This document shows positions 9,201 to 19,219 of a DNA stretch of 64,000 bases, piece after piece (position 1 is the first letter of the stretch; every line of letters starts with the position of its first letter). The DNA lies in contig CBDAOB010000005.1 of assembly GCA_965197905.1 (NCBI GenBank), positions 608,001 to 672,000 of the forward strand. The letters run 5' to 3'. This stretch comes from Candidatus Latescibacterota bacterium (GTDB lineage Bacteria > Latescibacterota > UBA2968 > UBA8231). The notes beneath the pieces are model-generated. The model made no database searches. It had not been told where the DNA came from and saw only the letters and a program-made list of their open reading frames with translations. The position numbers were made by a program, and so were the translations under genes.

Positions 9201-11147
9201 ATGGATCACTCATCCTCACGATCTGTCGAATCCTCCGCCGAATCAGGCAAAGTCGATCGCCACATCACCGCTCGCGCGATTGCCATCGGGGGAATTACGA
9301 TCGCGGCGATTTTCTACGGAATCGACATAGCGGTCAAATCCCAGCTTCCTCTCATCGTTATCGGCGCCTTCATGATGTGGCTGTTCGTCAACATACTTCT
9401 GAAGAAGCTGCTGCCGTTTCTTGCTCTCAGTCGCAGTGAGCTGCTGACCATCTTCGGAATGCTGTGGGTCGCGGGTACTATTTCGGGCAGTGGGTGGATG
9501 AGTTATTGGGCACTCATCATGGCGACCCCGGCGTATTACGACTCCGAGGAGAATCAGTGGTCGGACACGATCTTCGATTTCATGCCCTGGCATGTCTTTC
9601 CGGAGACCGATGCACGGGTCATCGACGCATTTTGGCTGGGGTTACCGGAAGGCGCCCCTATACCCTGGGACGGTTGGTTAGGTGCAGCCAGTCAGTGGTT
9701 CACGATATCCGTGGCGTTAGTCGTTTTCGGTTTCTGCATAATTCTCCTTTTCCAGCGGCAATGGGAAGAGAAGGAGCGCCTGGCGTTCCCCATCGCACAG
9801 GTCCCGGTCGAGTTGACCGCCGGTGTCGACGGTCCGCGGGCGGTGCCCGAGATGCTGCGCTCCCGTCTCTTCTGGTGCGGCTTTCTCCTGATCTTTGTTC
9901 CAATCCTCTATAGCGTCGCCACCTACTTCATCGCCGGGCTGCCCGCCCTAGAATTCTACTGGATCGCCTACGATCTGAAGATTGGTGGCTCTGTTCCCGA
10001 TCTCTGGGTGCGCATCCTGCCGATGCTGATGATCATGCTCTACCTGTGTCCCCTGGATATTCTCGGGAGTTTCATCCTGTTCTATTTCATCGCGGTCGCG
10101 AAAGGCACGGCGATGCAGCGGATCGGATTCTCGGTCGGTTCGGAGGGTCATGTGCTGGGTTGGGAGAAGATCCTGCAGATGGAAGCCTACGGCGCCCAGA
10201 TCTTCGTCGCGTTGTGGTCCATATGGCTTGCACGCCGTCACCTGCGACGCATCTGGGAGCAGGCGCGAAGTGGGGAAGGTGACCCGAGTGATGTGGTGCG
10301 CTACCGGATCGCCTTCTTGGGATTGGTGCTTTCGGCCATCTATATCATCGCCTGGCAGGTGAGCATAGGAATGAACCTGGTTCTTTCCGTCGGCATGTTC
10401 TTGTTGACAACGCTCATCTACTTCCTCATAGCCAAACTGGTTGCCGCCACCGGATTCAGCTATCTGCTGCCGCACTGGGATCACATGAAGGGAAAGTCGT
10501 TCATCCTAGATCTAGTGGGCACAAACCACATTTCCTCACAGAGCCTGGTAGCGTTCAGCGTGGTCACCAGTCACGCCTATTTTGGCAACTTTCGCGTCTC
10601 GGCATGGCCGGCCATCCCCCATATCCTCAAAATGTTTCCGGTGCGTCGGCAACTGGGCAAGGTCGCGGCGATGGTGGCGGTGGCTTTCGCCGTTGGATTT
10701 GTGTCAGCCTGCGTTTCAGCGTTGAGCACCGGTTACGAAGGCGGCATGTTTCGCAGCGTCGGCGCCGGCGTCAGTTCTTTCGACTACACCGTGGACCTAA
10801 TTCTGAATCCCCGGCTTCCCGACTTCGGCCGCTGGGGGGTCTGGTTGTTTGGGTTCTTCGAGGGGATGCTCTTGGCCATCTTGCGCGCTCGCGTCCACTG
10901 GTTCCCGCTGCACCCGATCGGCTTGGCTTTTCAGTACACGCCGTCGCCACATCGCTACTGGGCGACGTTGTTGATCGTCTGGTGGGTAAAGTTCGCGTTG
11001 CTGCGTTATGGAGGGCCACGGGCGTATGAAACCGGGAAGCGATTCTTCTACGGTCTTGCGGTGGGTTACGTCATGGGAGCGTTGCTGTCCGACGGCGTGG
11101 ACTACATCTGGTTTCCCCTCGATCCGCATATCGTCCACACCTGGTAG
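9201..11147 (+). CDS. DUF6785/DUF6784-like polytopic membrane protein, copy 3
   Basis: Probable true start ATG 9201 (MDHSSS...ITARAIAIG), 5 nt after the copy-2 stop; RQWEEKERLAFPIAQVP, WFPLHPIG. Confidence 0.85.
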   Translation: MDHSSSRSVESSAESGKVDRHITARAIAIGGITIAAIFYGIDIAVKSQLPLIVIGAFMMWLFVNILLKKLLPFLALSRSELLTIFGMLWVAGTISGSGWMSYWALIMATPAYYDSEENQWSDTIFDFMPWHVFPETDARVIDAFWLGLPEGAPIPWDGWLGAASQWFTISVALVVFGFCIILLFQRQWEEKERLAFPIAQVPVELTAGVDGPRAVPEMLRSRLFWCGFLLIFVPILYSVATYFIAGLPALEFYWIAYDLKIGGSVPDLWVRILPMLMIMLYLCPLDILGSFILFYFIAVAKGTAMQRIGFSVGSEGHVLGWEKILQMEAYGAQIFVALWSIWLARRHLRRIWEQARSGEGDPSDVVRYRIAFLGLVLSAIYIIAWQVSIGMNLVLSVGMFLLTTLIYFLIAKLVAATGFSYLLPHWDHMKGKSFILDLVGTNHISSQSLVAFSVVTSHAYFGNFRVSAWPAIPHILKMFPVRRQLGKVAAMVAVAFAVGFVSACVSALSTGYEGGMFRSVGAGVSSFDYTVDLILNPRLPDFGRWGVWLFGFFEGMLLAILRARVHWFPLHPIGLAFQYTPSPHRYWATLLIVWWVKFALLRYGGPRAYETGKRFFYGLAVGYVMGALLSDGVDYIWFPLDPHIVHTW

Positions 11148-11176
11148 CCCAGGCGCCACGTCGCGTCACCGGCTGT

Positions 11177-11935
11177 TCAACGCCCTAAGATGCGGGCAAC
11201 CTCCTCGACGATACGCGATTCGAGCCCGGTGGATTTGTTGACGAATCCTTCCACGTCCGATTTCAGAAAGGCTACGGTGTTCTGGTCGATATCCTCGGAT
11301 AGTACGACGATCGGAATCGTTACGTTCATGTTTCTTCGAAGTTTGCGGATGGCGCCATGGCCGCCGGCGTCCGGGGTGGCGATATCTATCAGGATGAGAT
11401 CGAAAGGTCGCGTAGACAGCAGCTGTACGGCGTGATCGAACGAGGGGGAAAGAATGACGCGATGCCGCTGTCCGAGCGCTTTTACGACCTCGGTCCTGGA
11501 CCCCACCGACGAATCGATGAGCAGGATGGCGGCGCGGCCTTTGAATTCGATGTCAGCGGAACCGCGAGGACGTTCAAGCGCTTTCTCAAGCGCACCAGCC
11601 AGCTTCTCCTCGCTAAACGGCTTGACCACGTATCCGGCAGGATTCGTAGCGCGGGCGCGTTGAATGGTCTGCGGATCGGTGTTTGCGGTGACATAGATTA
11701 CTGGGGTTCCCATTCGCTCGCCAATGACCTGTGCCGCCATGACGCCATCCTTTTCGCCCTCAAGGCGAATGTCCATGAGGACTACATCCGGCTTGAGCTG
11801 CGCGGCCTTGGACACGACAGCGGTTCCGGATGAAACAACTTCAGCGACCTTATACCCCAACTTTTTTACAATATCGGCCAGATGGGTGGCAACGATCGCC
11901 TCGTCTTCGGCAATGAGAACCGTACTATCCGACAT
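11177..11935 (-). CDS. Response regulator with two tandem receiver domains and no output domain
   Basis: VLIAEDE...DVVLMDIRL...YVTA...YVVKPF, followed by a second REC domain ILLID...DLILIDI...VVLS...FVNK. Confidence 0.85.
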   Translation of the reverse strand: MSDSTVLIAEDEAIVATHLADIVKKLGYKVAEVVSSGTAVVSKAAQLKPDVVLMDIRLEGEKDGVMAAQVIGERMGTPVIYVTANTDPQTIQRARATNPAGYVVKPFSEEKLAGALEKALERPRGSADIEFKGRAAILLIDSSVGSRTEVVKALGQRHRVILSPSFDHAVQLLSTRPFDLILIDIATPDAGGHGAIRKLRRNMNVTIPIVVLSEDIDQNTVAFLKSDVEGFVNKSTGLESRIVEEVARILGR

Positions 11936-12225
11936 CTAAAATCGTCCCGTTGTCTGAGTCCTTAAACCGATCAGTAGTAGCCCTAGGGTGTTATATAACA
12001 ATATCGGCAGCTCTCGCCAGAAGGAACGTGACCTATCTTACACATGGAACCGGTAAAACAGATACACGCGATGCAAAACGGTTAACGAATTGAGAAAGTA
12101 TTTTTTATTCACGCCCAGAGGTCGCTGCGATCTGCATAGCAGCCGAACGTATCGAGATGATGATGGTGATTGGCCGCGCGTGGGAGGTTGCTAGGTGTCG
12201 CGATGGGAGTCTAGCGTGGGAAAGT

Positions 12226-12257
12226 GACAACCGCCCAGACATCTCCGGGCGGTTGTC
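12226..12257. terminator. Hairpin, probable intrinsic terminator for the SRPBCC gene
   Basis: Inverted repeat gacaaccgccc...gggcggttgtc about 10 nt downstream of the SRPBCC stop. Confidence 0.55.
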
Positions 12258-12267
12258 GTATTAGGTT

Positions 12268-12690
12268 CTAGGCGAAGCTGCCTTTGAGATCTGCAAGCAA
12301 AGCCTGGTAGATCGGGGAGACGAATTCTGCCACCCCGCCGCCGCTATTCTCCCACTTGGAAGTCCACAACACGAAGGTTGTGTTGTTTTCGGTAATTGGG
12401 GAGATACGAACCTCGCCGTAGTACCCCGACACGTTATCCTTCGACACTGCCTCCGGCCCGTCATCGATGCTGTAGCGTATGACACACTCCGTATCGTCGA
12501 GGGCATGCAGGGTTTCGTGGAAAGCGTCGTTCAGGACGCGTTTGGCACCGACCTGTGTACCCGGTACGTCGCCCACAGCCACGCAGCTGGTCACGACGTT
12601 GGGAAACTTGGACATGTCGTGAAAGTCTCGCACGGCGTTCCAAACCTGGTCCGCTGGAGCGTCGACGACGATTGAGTTGTAACAGCCCAT
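12268..12690 (-). CDS. SRPBCC / polyketide cyclase-dehydrase (Polyketide_cyc2) family protein
   Basis: IVVDAPADQVWNAVRDFH...VGAKR; ATG 12690 preceded by GGAGG. Confidence 0.85.
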   Translation of the reverse strand: MGCYNSIVVDAPADQVWNAVRDFHDMSKFPNVVTSCVAVGDVPGTQVGAKRVLNDAFHETLHALDDTECVIRYSIDDGPEAVSKDNVSGYYGEVRISPITENNTTFVLWTSKWENSGGGVAEFVSPIYQALLADLKGSFA

Positions 12691-12838
12691 TGGAATCCTC
12701 CGAGGTTGCTGTAGGTGGACCCGAAGAACATGAGACATACCAAAGGCGAAATCAAGATTTGGCAGGGCGAGTGATTCGAGTTGCGACCCTCTTTTCAGCA
12801 GCTATGTTTGTGGCATCACCAACTGACTGGAGCCATCC

Positions 12839-13198
12839 ATGAAACATTACGGATTGACCCTTTGTCTGCAGGATGATGCGGAGGTCATAGAGCGCTACAA
12901 AGAATACCATAGGAATCCATGGCCAGGACCGCTGCAAGGTTTGCGAGACGTGGGCATCGTGGACATGCAGATCTTTCTTCTAGGCACCCGCATGTTCATG
13001 TATATGACGACTATCGATGAATTCGAACCCGATGTAGATTTTCCGAAGTACATCGAAGCGAATCCAAAGGCGAAGGAATGGGACGACCTCATGCGCACCT
13101 TTCAAGTCAAGGTGGCCGAAGCAAAAGAAGAGGAGTGGTGGGCGATGATGGAGCACGTGTTTGACCTGGGAAGACATTTGCCTGCAGAAGAGGATTAA
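12839..13198 (+). CDS. L-rhamnose mutarotase (DUF718) family protein
   Basis: YKEYHRNPWP, GIVDMQIF, EWDDLM and MEHVFDL motifs. Confidence 0.85.
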   Translation: MKHYGLTLCLQDDAEVIERYKEYHRNPWPGPLQGLRDVGIVDMQIFLLGTRMFMYMTTIDEFEPDVDFPKYIEANPKAKEWDDLMRTFQVKVAEAKEEEWWAMMEHVFDLGRHLPAEED

Positions 13199-13204
13199 GC
13201 GGCG

Positions 13205-14089
13205 ATGAAGATCGAGCATATCAAGACAGACGCAGACAACACCACCATCGTCATCGAAGGTTTGATCCGAAACCTGAAGCTGCTTCATCTGACCGACAGT
13301 CACATGGTCGAAGGCGACGAGCGTGACCCGGAGGCAGAGGAACACGTCGAAAGATATAGGGAGGTATTCGCAGAGTATGCAGATGGAAGGCCAACCAATG
13401 AGATCTTCCAGGGAATCGTCCGTGCGGTTTCAGATCTGAAGCTGGATGCAGCTCTGCTTACGGGTGACATCATTCATTTCCCCTCCTACGCCGCCTTGGA
13501 GCAGATCGAGTATGGAGTGCAAGACCTTGGGGTGCCGCATCTATACACCGTGGGCAATCACGACTGGTTCTTTCCCCATCTCCCCTGGAACGACGAGACA
13601 CGGTTCCAGTATTACCCCAGATTCCATGGCTTGACTCAAGGTGATCCTTCCTTTCAGGTCCTCGAGATCGGGGGAGTGCGTTTGATCGCAATGGACAACA
13701 GCACGTATCAGGTCAGCAGCGAGCAGGTCAGTCGGTTGAAGCAGGAGCTGGCTAGTGGCAAACCCTCGTTGCTGTCGGTGCACGTGCCCTTGTTTATCGA
13801 ATCCCTTGCCGGCCCCGTAATCGATCGATGGAAGGCGCCTATCATGATGGGCGCCGAGGACGGCTGGTCCGACGAAACCCGCGAGAAGTGGAAGGTTTTC
13901 GAGAACTACGACAGCACCATGGATTGCCTCGATTTCTTGACCAACGGCCCCTGTGACAATCTCGCCGGGGTCTTTTGCGGCCACGTACATTTTCCCCACG
14001 TGGACTTGCTGAGACCGGGCTGTTGTCAGTACGTAGGTGCTCCTGGTTTCGAGGGCCGCTACAGAATCGTCGAACTCAAGGGGTCGTAG
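13205..14089 (+). CDS. Calcineurin-like metallophosphoesterase
   Basis: DSH, TGD, GNHD, HVP and GHVH motifs. Confidence 0.9.
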   Translation: MKIEHIKTDADNTTIVIEGLIRNLKLLHLTDSHMVEGDERDPEAEEHVERYREVFAEYADGRPTNEIFQGIVRAVSDLKLDAALLTGDIIHFPSYAALEQIEYGVQDLGVPHLYTVGNHDWFFPHLPWNDETRFQYYPRFHGLTQGDPSFQVLEIGGVRLIAMDNSTYQVSSEQVSRLKQELASGKPSLLSVHVPLFIESLAGPVIDRWKAPIMMGAEDGWSDETREKWKVFENYDSTMDCLDFLTNGPCDNLAGVFCGHVHFPHVDLLRPGCCQYVGAPGFEGRYRIVELKGS

Positions 14090-14575
14090 ACCTTCGGCCC
14101 ATTTTGGAGCCTAGGTTGCTGCTTTCGCTCCTGATCATCTGGAGCACCTTTTCGTTCCTGATATTCTTCCCATTTCTGCTATTGTTGAGAGCAACAGCAT
14201 TGCGGGGCGACGAGAGGCTCACGGTCGCCGTCTCTCTTTCGATTCTGAATTCGGTGGCGGCCGGATTTTCATTTTACCGCTCGTCTGCCTTATCAAGTCG
14301 TACTCCGGCGGCGGGTGGTATTTCCACTGACTGAGACATTGTCACAAGAGCCTTGTTTTTTTCCGGCAGTGGCCCCCGATACCATGCCCGATCGGCCTTC
14401 ACGACCTCCGTTGATGAGCCTGATTCCGGGGAGCGCCGCTGTGAGTTTTACACGGGATCACGTTCAAACGCCGTGGATGTTGTGGAGCTTGATCGCGGTG
14501 TTTCTCGCGTGTCGGTTCTGGTTTCTGGTGAGAACGACGATTTCTCGACGACAACGACGGCCAGGCATTCCACGA

Positions 14576-15634
14576 CTAGGCCATGGATCGCTCCTGGTGT
14601 TCGTTGTTGGCAGCCTGTACGAGCGCACGTAGATAGGCGATGGAATAGGCCAGTCCGGTGTGCGATCCGCCGACCATGGAGGGGATGTGATCGGGAATGA
14701 CGCATCCGTCGAACTCGACGTCCCGCAGGGCGCGCATGACCTGGTGCATATCGTAATATCCGTCGTCGATGAAGGTTTCTTGCCAGGGTTCCGGCAGCGG
14801 ATTGGAAACGTTGCGAAAGTGAACCTTGAACAGCTTCCCCTGGCTGCCAAAATGTTGTATCGCCTCCTCGACACTGGCGCCCATCGCCTCCGCTCCGCCT
14901 TCCAGCCAGCAACCCACGCATAAGCAGACGCCCACATTGGGACTGTCAGCGATTTCCAACGCTCGCTTATACCCCTCGAAACCGCCGAAGATACAGCGGG
15001 GCACGCCCCCCAACGGATAGATGGGTGGATCGTCTGGATGAATGCCGATATACACTCCTTCCTGCTCGGCGACGGGGGCGACCTTGCGAATGAAATATTG
15101 GTAGTTGTCCCAGATCTCTTCCTCGGAGTACTCGCGGCCGTGGGAGAATTCGCCGTCGTAGTTTACACCGTTCCAGCTGCCCTGTGCGTTCTTCAGGTCG
15201 AAGTGTCTGGCCTCTACTCCACCGCGGCCGGTGGTGGCGCCCGAGCTCCAGGTGCCGCTGGCCATATGAGCGTAGGTGTTGTAATAGATGCCCACTGAGG
15301 CGATATCGCGAATAAATTGAATGAACTCTTCGACCTTCTGGTCACGGCCCGGCAGGTTCAGGGTGATTTCGGGCGAGTTGTGTACGCTTTCGTTGTGGAT
15401 ACGGTAGATTTTGAGGCCGTAATCGGCGAGTCGTTCCTTGAATCTGCGATAGTGAGACAGGGTCTGTTTGTCGCCATCGTACGGAGTGACCATAGCCCAG
15501 TCGACTCCCAGTTGCCGTAGCAGCTGCAGCTCTTCGTCATCGTTATCGGGATTGACGTAGGTTCCGATTTGAATACCCGGGTGGTCTGAATGGTAGCCGG
15601 GGATGACGCGCAGTGAATATTGATCGTTCTTCAT
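14576..15634 (-). CDS. uxuA: Mannonate dehydratase family
   Basis: HPDDPP, VHFRNV, FIDDG, IPDHIP and YLRAL motifs. Confidence 0.85.
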   Translation of the reverse strand: MKNDQYSLRVIPGYHSDHPGIQIGTYVNPDNDDEELQLLRQLGVDWAMVTPYDGDKQTLSHYRRFKERLADYGLKIYRIHNESVHNSPEITLNLPGRDQKVEEFIQFIRDIASVGIYYNTYAHMASGTWSSGATTGRGGVEARHFDLKNAQGSWNGVNYDGEFSHGREYSEEEIWDNYQYFIRKVAPVAEQEGVYIGIHPDDPPIYPLGGVPRCIFGGFEGYKRALEIADSPNVGVCLCVGCWLEGGAEAMGASVEEAIQHFGSQGKLFKVHFRNVSNPLPEPWQETFIDDGYYDMHQVMRALRDVEFDGCVIPDHIPSMVGGSHTGLAYSIAYLRALVQAANNEHQERSMA

Positions 15635-15698
15635 AACGGTATGCCTCTAGGGAGCAACGAAGGTGTAAGCCGCGAGCCGCTCACGGCCGCTGCATGAT

Positions 15699-16544
15699 TC
15701 AATAATATTTTTCCCGGCCTGTGTGTTTCTTTACCAGCTCCTTCAGCTCCGCCTTCTCCCCCATCGCGGTGAGCTCGAGAGTCTCTGGGTCCAGCTCGAT
15801 GCCGTCGTTAGCCGCGTCCGCAAGAGCCTTGTCTATCTGACTATTGTAGTAGTACTGGGGCCGGTAGGCGTAGAACATCATGGTTCGGTCCCGGTCCTTG
15901 GGAAGCCAGGGCAAGGCCGCGTGATTTAGACGCAGCGGCATGATGATCATATCCCCGGCATTCACCGGAACGTTGATGAATCCCAGCTTGTCTCGTTCTG
16001 CGGCATCGGTGGGATAGGCATCCTTCTGATAGAACAGCTCGCGTGGGTATTCGAAGCTCGCCCTGTGGGCTCCCGGAACCACCAGGAGACCGCCGTCGCC
16101 AGGACGAACCTCGGTCAGGTAGACGAAGAAGGTCGACCAGTCGCAATAGATCCTGCGGTGGACCACATCCGTGAAGAAGCGCGGCGCGTCCTCGTGCATC
16201 TCGCTGAGAATGTCCTTGCGCAGATGGAAGTTATGGAACCCGTGGTCGGAATTCTGAACCATCATCGTGCCGTCGACGAGGCGGGGCAAGTTGTTGGTCA
16301 GATGACAGGCGTAGTCGAGCATCTTGGGCGAGTAGGCGATACGCTCCAACACCTTGTCGTGGAGAAAAGCGTTTCGGTACTTATCACCGTAACCGTCTCC
16401 CTTGTTCCCATCTATGAGGTGCTCATGCTCGTTGACGATGCGGTCCGCGCTTTCTTGAGCCTGCGCGAGGGTCTCCGCGTCCACGACGTTCTCCACCTTC
16501 AAAAACCCGAGGGTATCGAACAGGTACAACTCTTCTTCGGTCAT
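15699..16544 (-). CDS. Phytanoyl-CoA dioxygenase (PhyH) family Fe(II)/2OG dioxygenase
   Basis: MTEEELYLFDTLGFL start, YLTEV.PGDGGLLVVPGAH, AGDMII..LNH. Confidence 0.85.
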   Translation of the reverse strand: MTEEELYLFDTLGFLKVENVVDAETLAQAQESADRIVNEHEHLIDGNKGDGYGDKYRNAFLHDKVLERIAYSPKMLDYACHLTNNLPRLVDGTMMVQNSDHGFHNFHLRKDILSEMHEDAPRFFTDVVHRRIYCDWSTFFVYLTEVRPGDGGLLVVPGAHRASFEYPRELFYQKDAYPTDAAERDKLGFINVPVNAGDMIIMPLRLNHAALPWLPKDRDRTMMFYAYRPQYYYNSQIDKALADAANDGIELDPETLELTAMGEKAELKELVKKHTGREKYY

Positions 16545-16671
16545 TGGTCCACCTGCCTTGCGGGGAGTTGATGGTTGTTGTTGGCCGACATGCGTTCGTC
16601 CTCGAAGGTGGTCAGGATCGGTCCGGCGCACAAGTGGATCAGAGAATTTCAGTGAACGGACTGAAGCGGCA

Positions 16672-17655
16672 TCATGGCACCTCGAGCAACACCTTTCCGA
16701 AGGTCTCGTTGCTCGCCACCAGGTCGTGAGCTTCGGCGGCACGGTCCATCGGAAGAACTGCGTCAATAATAGGCTTGATCTCTCCCTCAGCGATGAGGGG
16801 CCACACGCGCTCCCTCAACGCAGTCATGACCTCCCCTTTCCGGGCGACCGAACGCGCCCGCAAGGTCGAACCTACCAGTTTTAGACGTTTGGCGAGGATG
16901 AGGCCGAGGTGGATGTTGGCTTCGGCTCCACCCATCAATCCGATCAATACCAGGCGGCCTTCCATACTGAGGCTCTTGAGGTTTTCTTTTAGATATTGGC
17001 CCCCTACCGGATCGAGGATTACGTCCATGCCTTTATCATCGGTCCAAGCGGCCACGCGCTCGCCAAATCGCCCCTCGTGTCGATTGCAACCCGCCTCAGC
17101 CCCAAGATCCACGCAACGGGCGATTTTTTCATCAGAGCCGGCGGTAACGAAACAAGGACTTGCGAAGGCGCGGCAGAGCTGAATAGCCGCCGTGCCCACG
17201 CCGCTTGCCCCAGCGTGCAACAACGCTCGTTCGCCCGGTTTTAACGCGGCCTCCACAAAGAGGTTCAGGTAAGCCGTGGCAAATACCTCGGGAAGAGCGG
17301 CCGCTTCAACCAGGGAAATTCCGGACGGTACGGGCACCACCTGCGCGGCCGGCACCACGGCCTTTTCGGCGTATCCACCTCCTGCAAGCAGCGCGCACAC
17401 CTCATCGCCGCAGTCGAACGAGGTCACCTCTGCGCCTACGGCATCCACCACGCCGGAGCATTCCAATCCAAGGATCTGACTGGCACCCGGTGGCGGCGGG
17501 TAGTCGCCCCGGCGTTGCAGCAGATCGGCCCGGTTTACCGCGCTGGCGCAAACGGCGATTCGAACCTCGTCCGCTGCCGGTTCGCCGATCTCACAGTCAA
17601 CCCAGGAAAGCCGGTCGCCGTCTATCTGTATAGCTTTTCCTGTCGATCCTCGCAT
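16672..17655 (-). CDS. NAD(P)H:quinone oxidoreductase, PIG3/zeta-crystallin family
   Basis: VNRADLLQR.G.YPPP, LGLECSG, HAGASGVG, GSTLR, GKVLL. Confidence 0.92.
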   Translation of the reverse strand: MRGSTGKAIQIDGDRLSWVDCEIGEPAADEVRIAVCASAVNRADLLQRRGDYPPPPGASQILGLECSGVVDAVGAEVTSFDCGDEVCALLAGGGYAEKAVVPAAQVVPVPSGISLVEAAALPEVFATAYLNLFVEAALKPGERALLHAGASGVGTAAIQLCRAFASPCFVTAGSDEKIARCVDLGAEAGCNRHEGRFGERVAAWTDDKGMDVILDPVGGQYLKENLKSLSMEGRLVLIGLMGGAEANIHLGLILAKRLKLVGSTLRARSVARKGEVMTALRERVWPLIAEGEIKPIIDAVLPMDRAAEAHDLVASNETFGKVLLEVP

Positions 17656-17768
17656 TGGCCACTCGATATTCTCAGGCGTTGGTCGGGTCTTTGAACCTCA
17701 GAACCGAGCGACACAACCGCCCCATGTCAACCCAGGATGCCGCCTTGTGCCACCTCTCAGTTTGACAT

Positions 17769-19181
17769 TTGAGGGGTCAGGAAGCTACTTACCCGGTCCG
17801 GTCTCGAACCAATTACACACCTGATAACTCGTCCCCTGCACGGACAGAATTCGTTTTGACGACCACTGACGGCACTGAAAAACAGAGCGATCTGCGCTCG
17901 CAAGCCGAACGTTACCTGCCCGGAGGAGTGGGCGCCTCGGGGAGGTTCAATCCTTCTCTCGGCCGCGCATTGTACCTGGATTCAGCGGACGGATGTCGCA
18001 TCCGCGATGTGGAAGGCAAGGAGTACATCGATTTCAATCTAGCCCACGGCGCCGCCTTCCTGGGCTACAATCACCCGGCCACCCGTCGGGCCATGCTGGA
18101 AACCGTGGAAAGCGGCATACTCGCCGGGTACGAAACCGCCGCCCATACCGAACTGGCACGCAGAATCACCGAGATCATCCCTTGCGCCGAGCGAGTGCGG
18201 TATGGCAACACCGGTTCGGAGGGCACGATGATCTGCCTGCGGTTGGCGCGTGCCCACACCGGTCGCAAGAAGCTGTTGAAGTTCTGGGGTCACTTCCACG
18301 GCCTCTACGACTACGTCATGTACAATGCCCACTCCCCACTGACCCCGGTAACACCAGGTACGGTTTTGACGCCATCCCGCGAGGCGCCTGAGATCCCCGC
18401 AGCTCTGGACGATCTGGTGGTCGTCGTCCCATGGAAGGACGAGGCCGCTTTGGAACGGGCCATCCGGGAGCATGGCGACGAGATTGCCGCCATCATGATG
18501 GAGCCGGTCAACTACAACCAGGGATGCATCGTCGCCGACACTCCCTATATGCAGTTCGTGCGCGATCTGGCCACGAAACACGGCATTGTGCTGATATACG
18601 ACGAGGTCCTGTCCGCCTTTCGAACCGGCCCCGACTGCGCTCAGGGCTATTACGGGGTCACCCCTGACCTATGCGTGTTGGGTAAGGCGGTGGCGAACGG
18701 AGGAGCGATCGTCGTCATCGCCGGCAAAAGAGAGATCATGGATCAGGTCGGTCCTAAAGGAAAGGTGGTCCAGAGTGGGACATTCACCGGCAATATCCCG
18801 GCCGTGAACACCGCCCTGGCGTCCGTGAAAGAGATCTGTCGCCCCGGATTCTACGATCAGATTCATGCCTCGGCGGAGCGTTTGGAAACGGGCTTACGCA
18901 ATATCTTTGAGCGAGCAGGCATTGCTGCCCGGGCTCAAGGACTCGGCGCTCGATTCGGGATATTCTTCGGATCCACCGATCCGGTCGAGCGCTTCGACGA
19001 TACCCTCGGACGCGACCTGGATATGAAAACGCGCTTTATCCGGGCGTGCTTCGAGAATGGGGTTTACTTCCATGACTACGGCTCGGTGGTAGCCGGCCAT
19101 CACGGCATCTCCGCTGCTCACACGACGGAGGAAATTGACGAGGGGTTAAATCGAATCGAAACCGCGGTACAACACCTTTGA
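17769..19181 (+). CDS. Class III aminotransferase, glutamate-1-semialdehyde aminomutase (HemL)-like; start may be TTG 17856
   Basis: PGGV, YIDF, NTGSEG, HFHG, MMEPV, IYDEV, PDLCVLGK (PLP lysine), SGTF. Confidence 0.88.
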   Translation: MRGQEATYPVRSRTNYTPDNSSPARTEFVLTTTDGTEKQSDLRSQAERYLPGGVGASGRFNPSLGRALYLDSADGCRIRDVEGKEYIDFNLAHGAAFLGYNHPATRRAMLETVESGILAGYETAAHTELARRITEIIPCAERVRYGNTGSEGTMICLRLARAHTGRKKLLKFWGHFHGLYDYVMYNAHSPLTPVTPGTVLTPSREAPEIPAALDDLVVVVPWKDEAALERAIREHGDEIAAIMMEPVNYNQGCIVADTPYMQFVRDLATKHGIVLIYDEVLSAFRTGPDCAQGYYGVTPDLCVLGKAVANGGAIVVIAGKREIMDQVGPKGKVVQSGTFTGNIPAVNTALASVKEICRPGFYDQIHASAERLETGLRNIFERAGIAARAQGLGARFGIFFGSTDPVERFDDTLGRDLDMKTRFIRACFENGVYFHDYGSVVAGHHGISAAHTTEEIDEGLNRIETAVQHL

Positions 19182-19219
19182 CGGAGTGTTCAGAGGACGA
19201 TGGGACTGGAGGTAACAGC

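Noticed and set aside
17769..19181. Assignment as the true hemL
   Set aside because: It is a family-level match only; the context (SDR, Gfo/Idh/MocA) and no heme genes nearby suggest a paralog.
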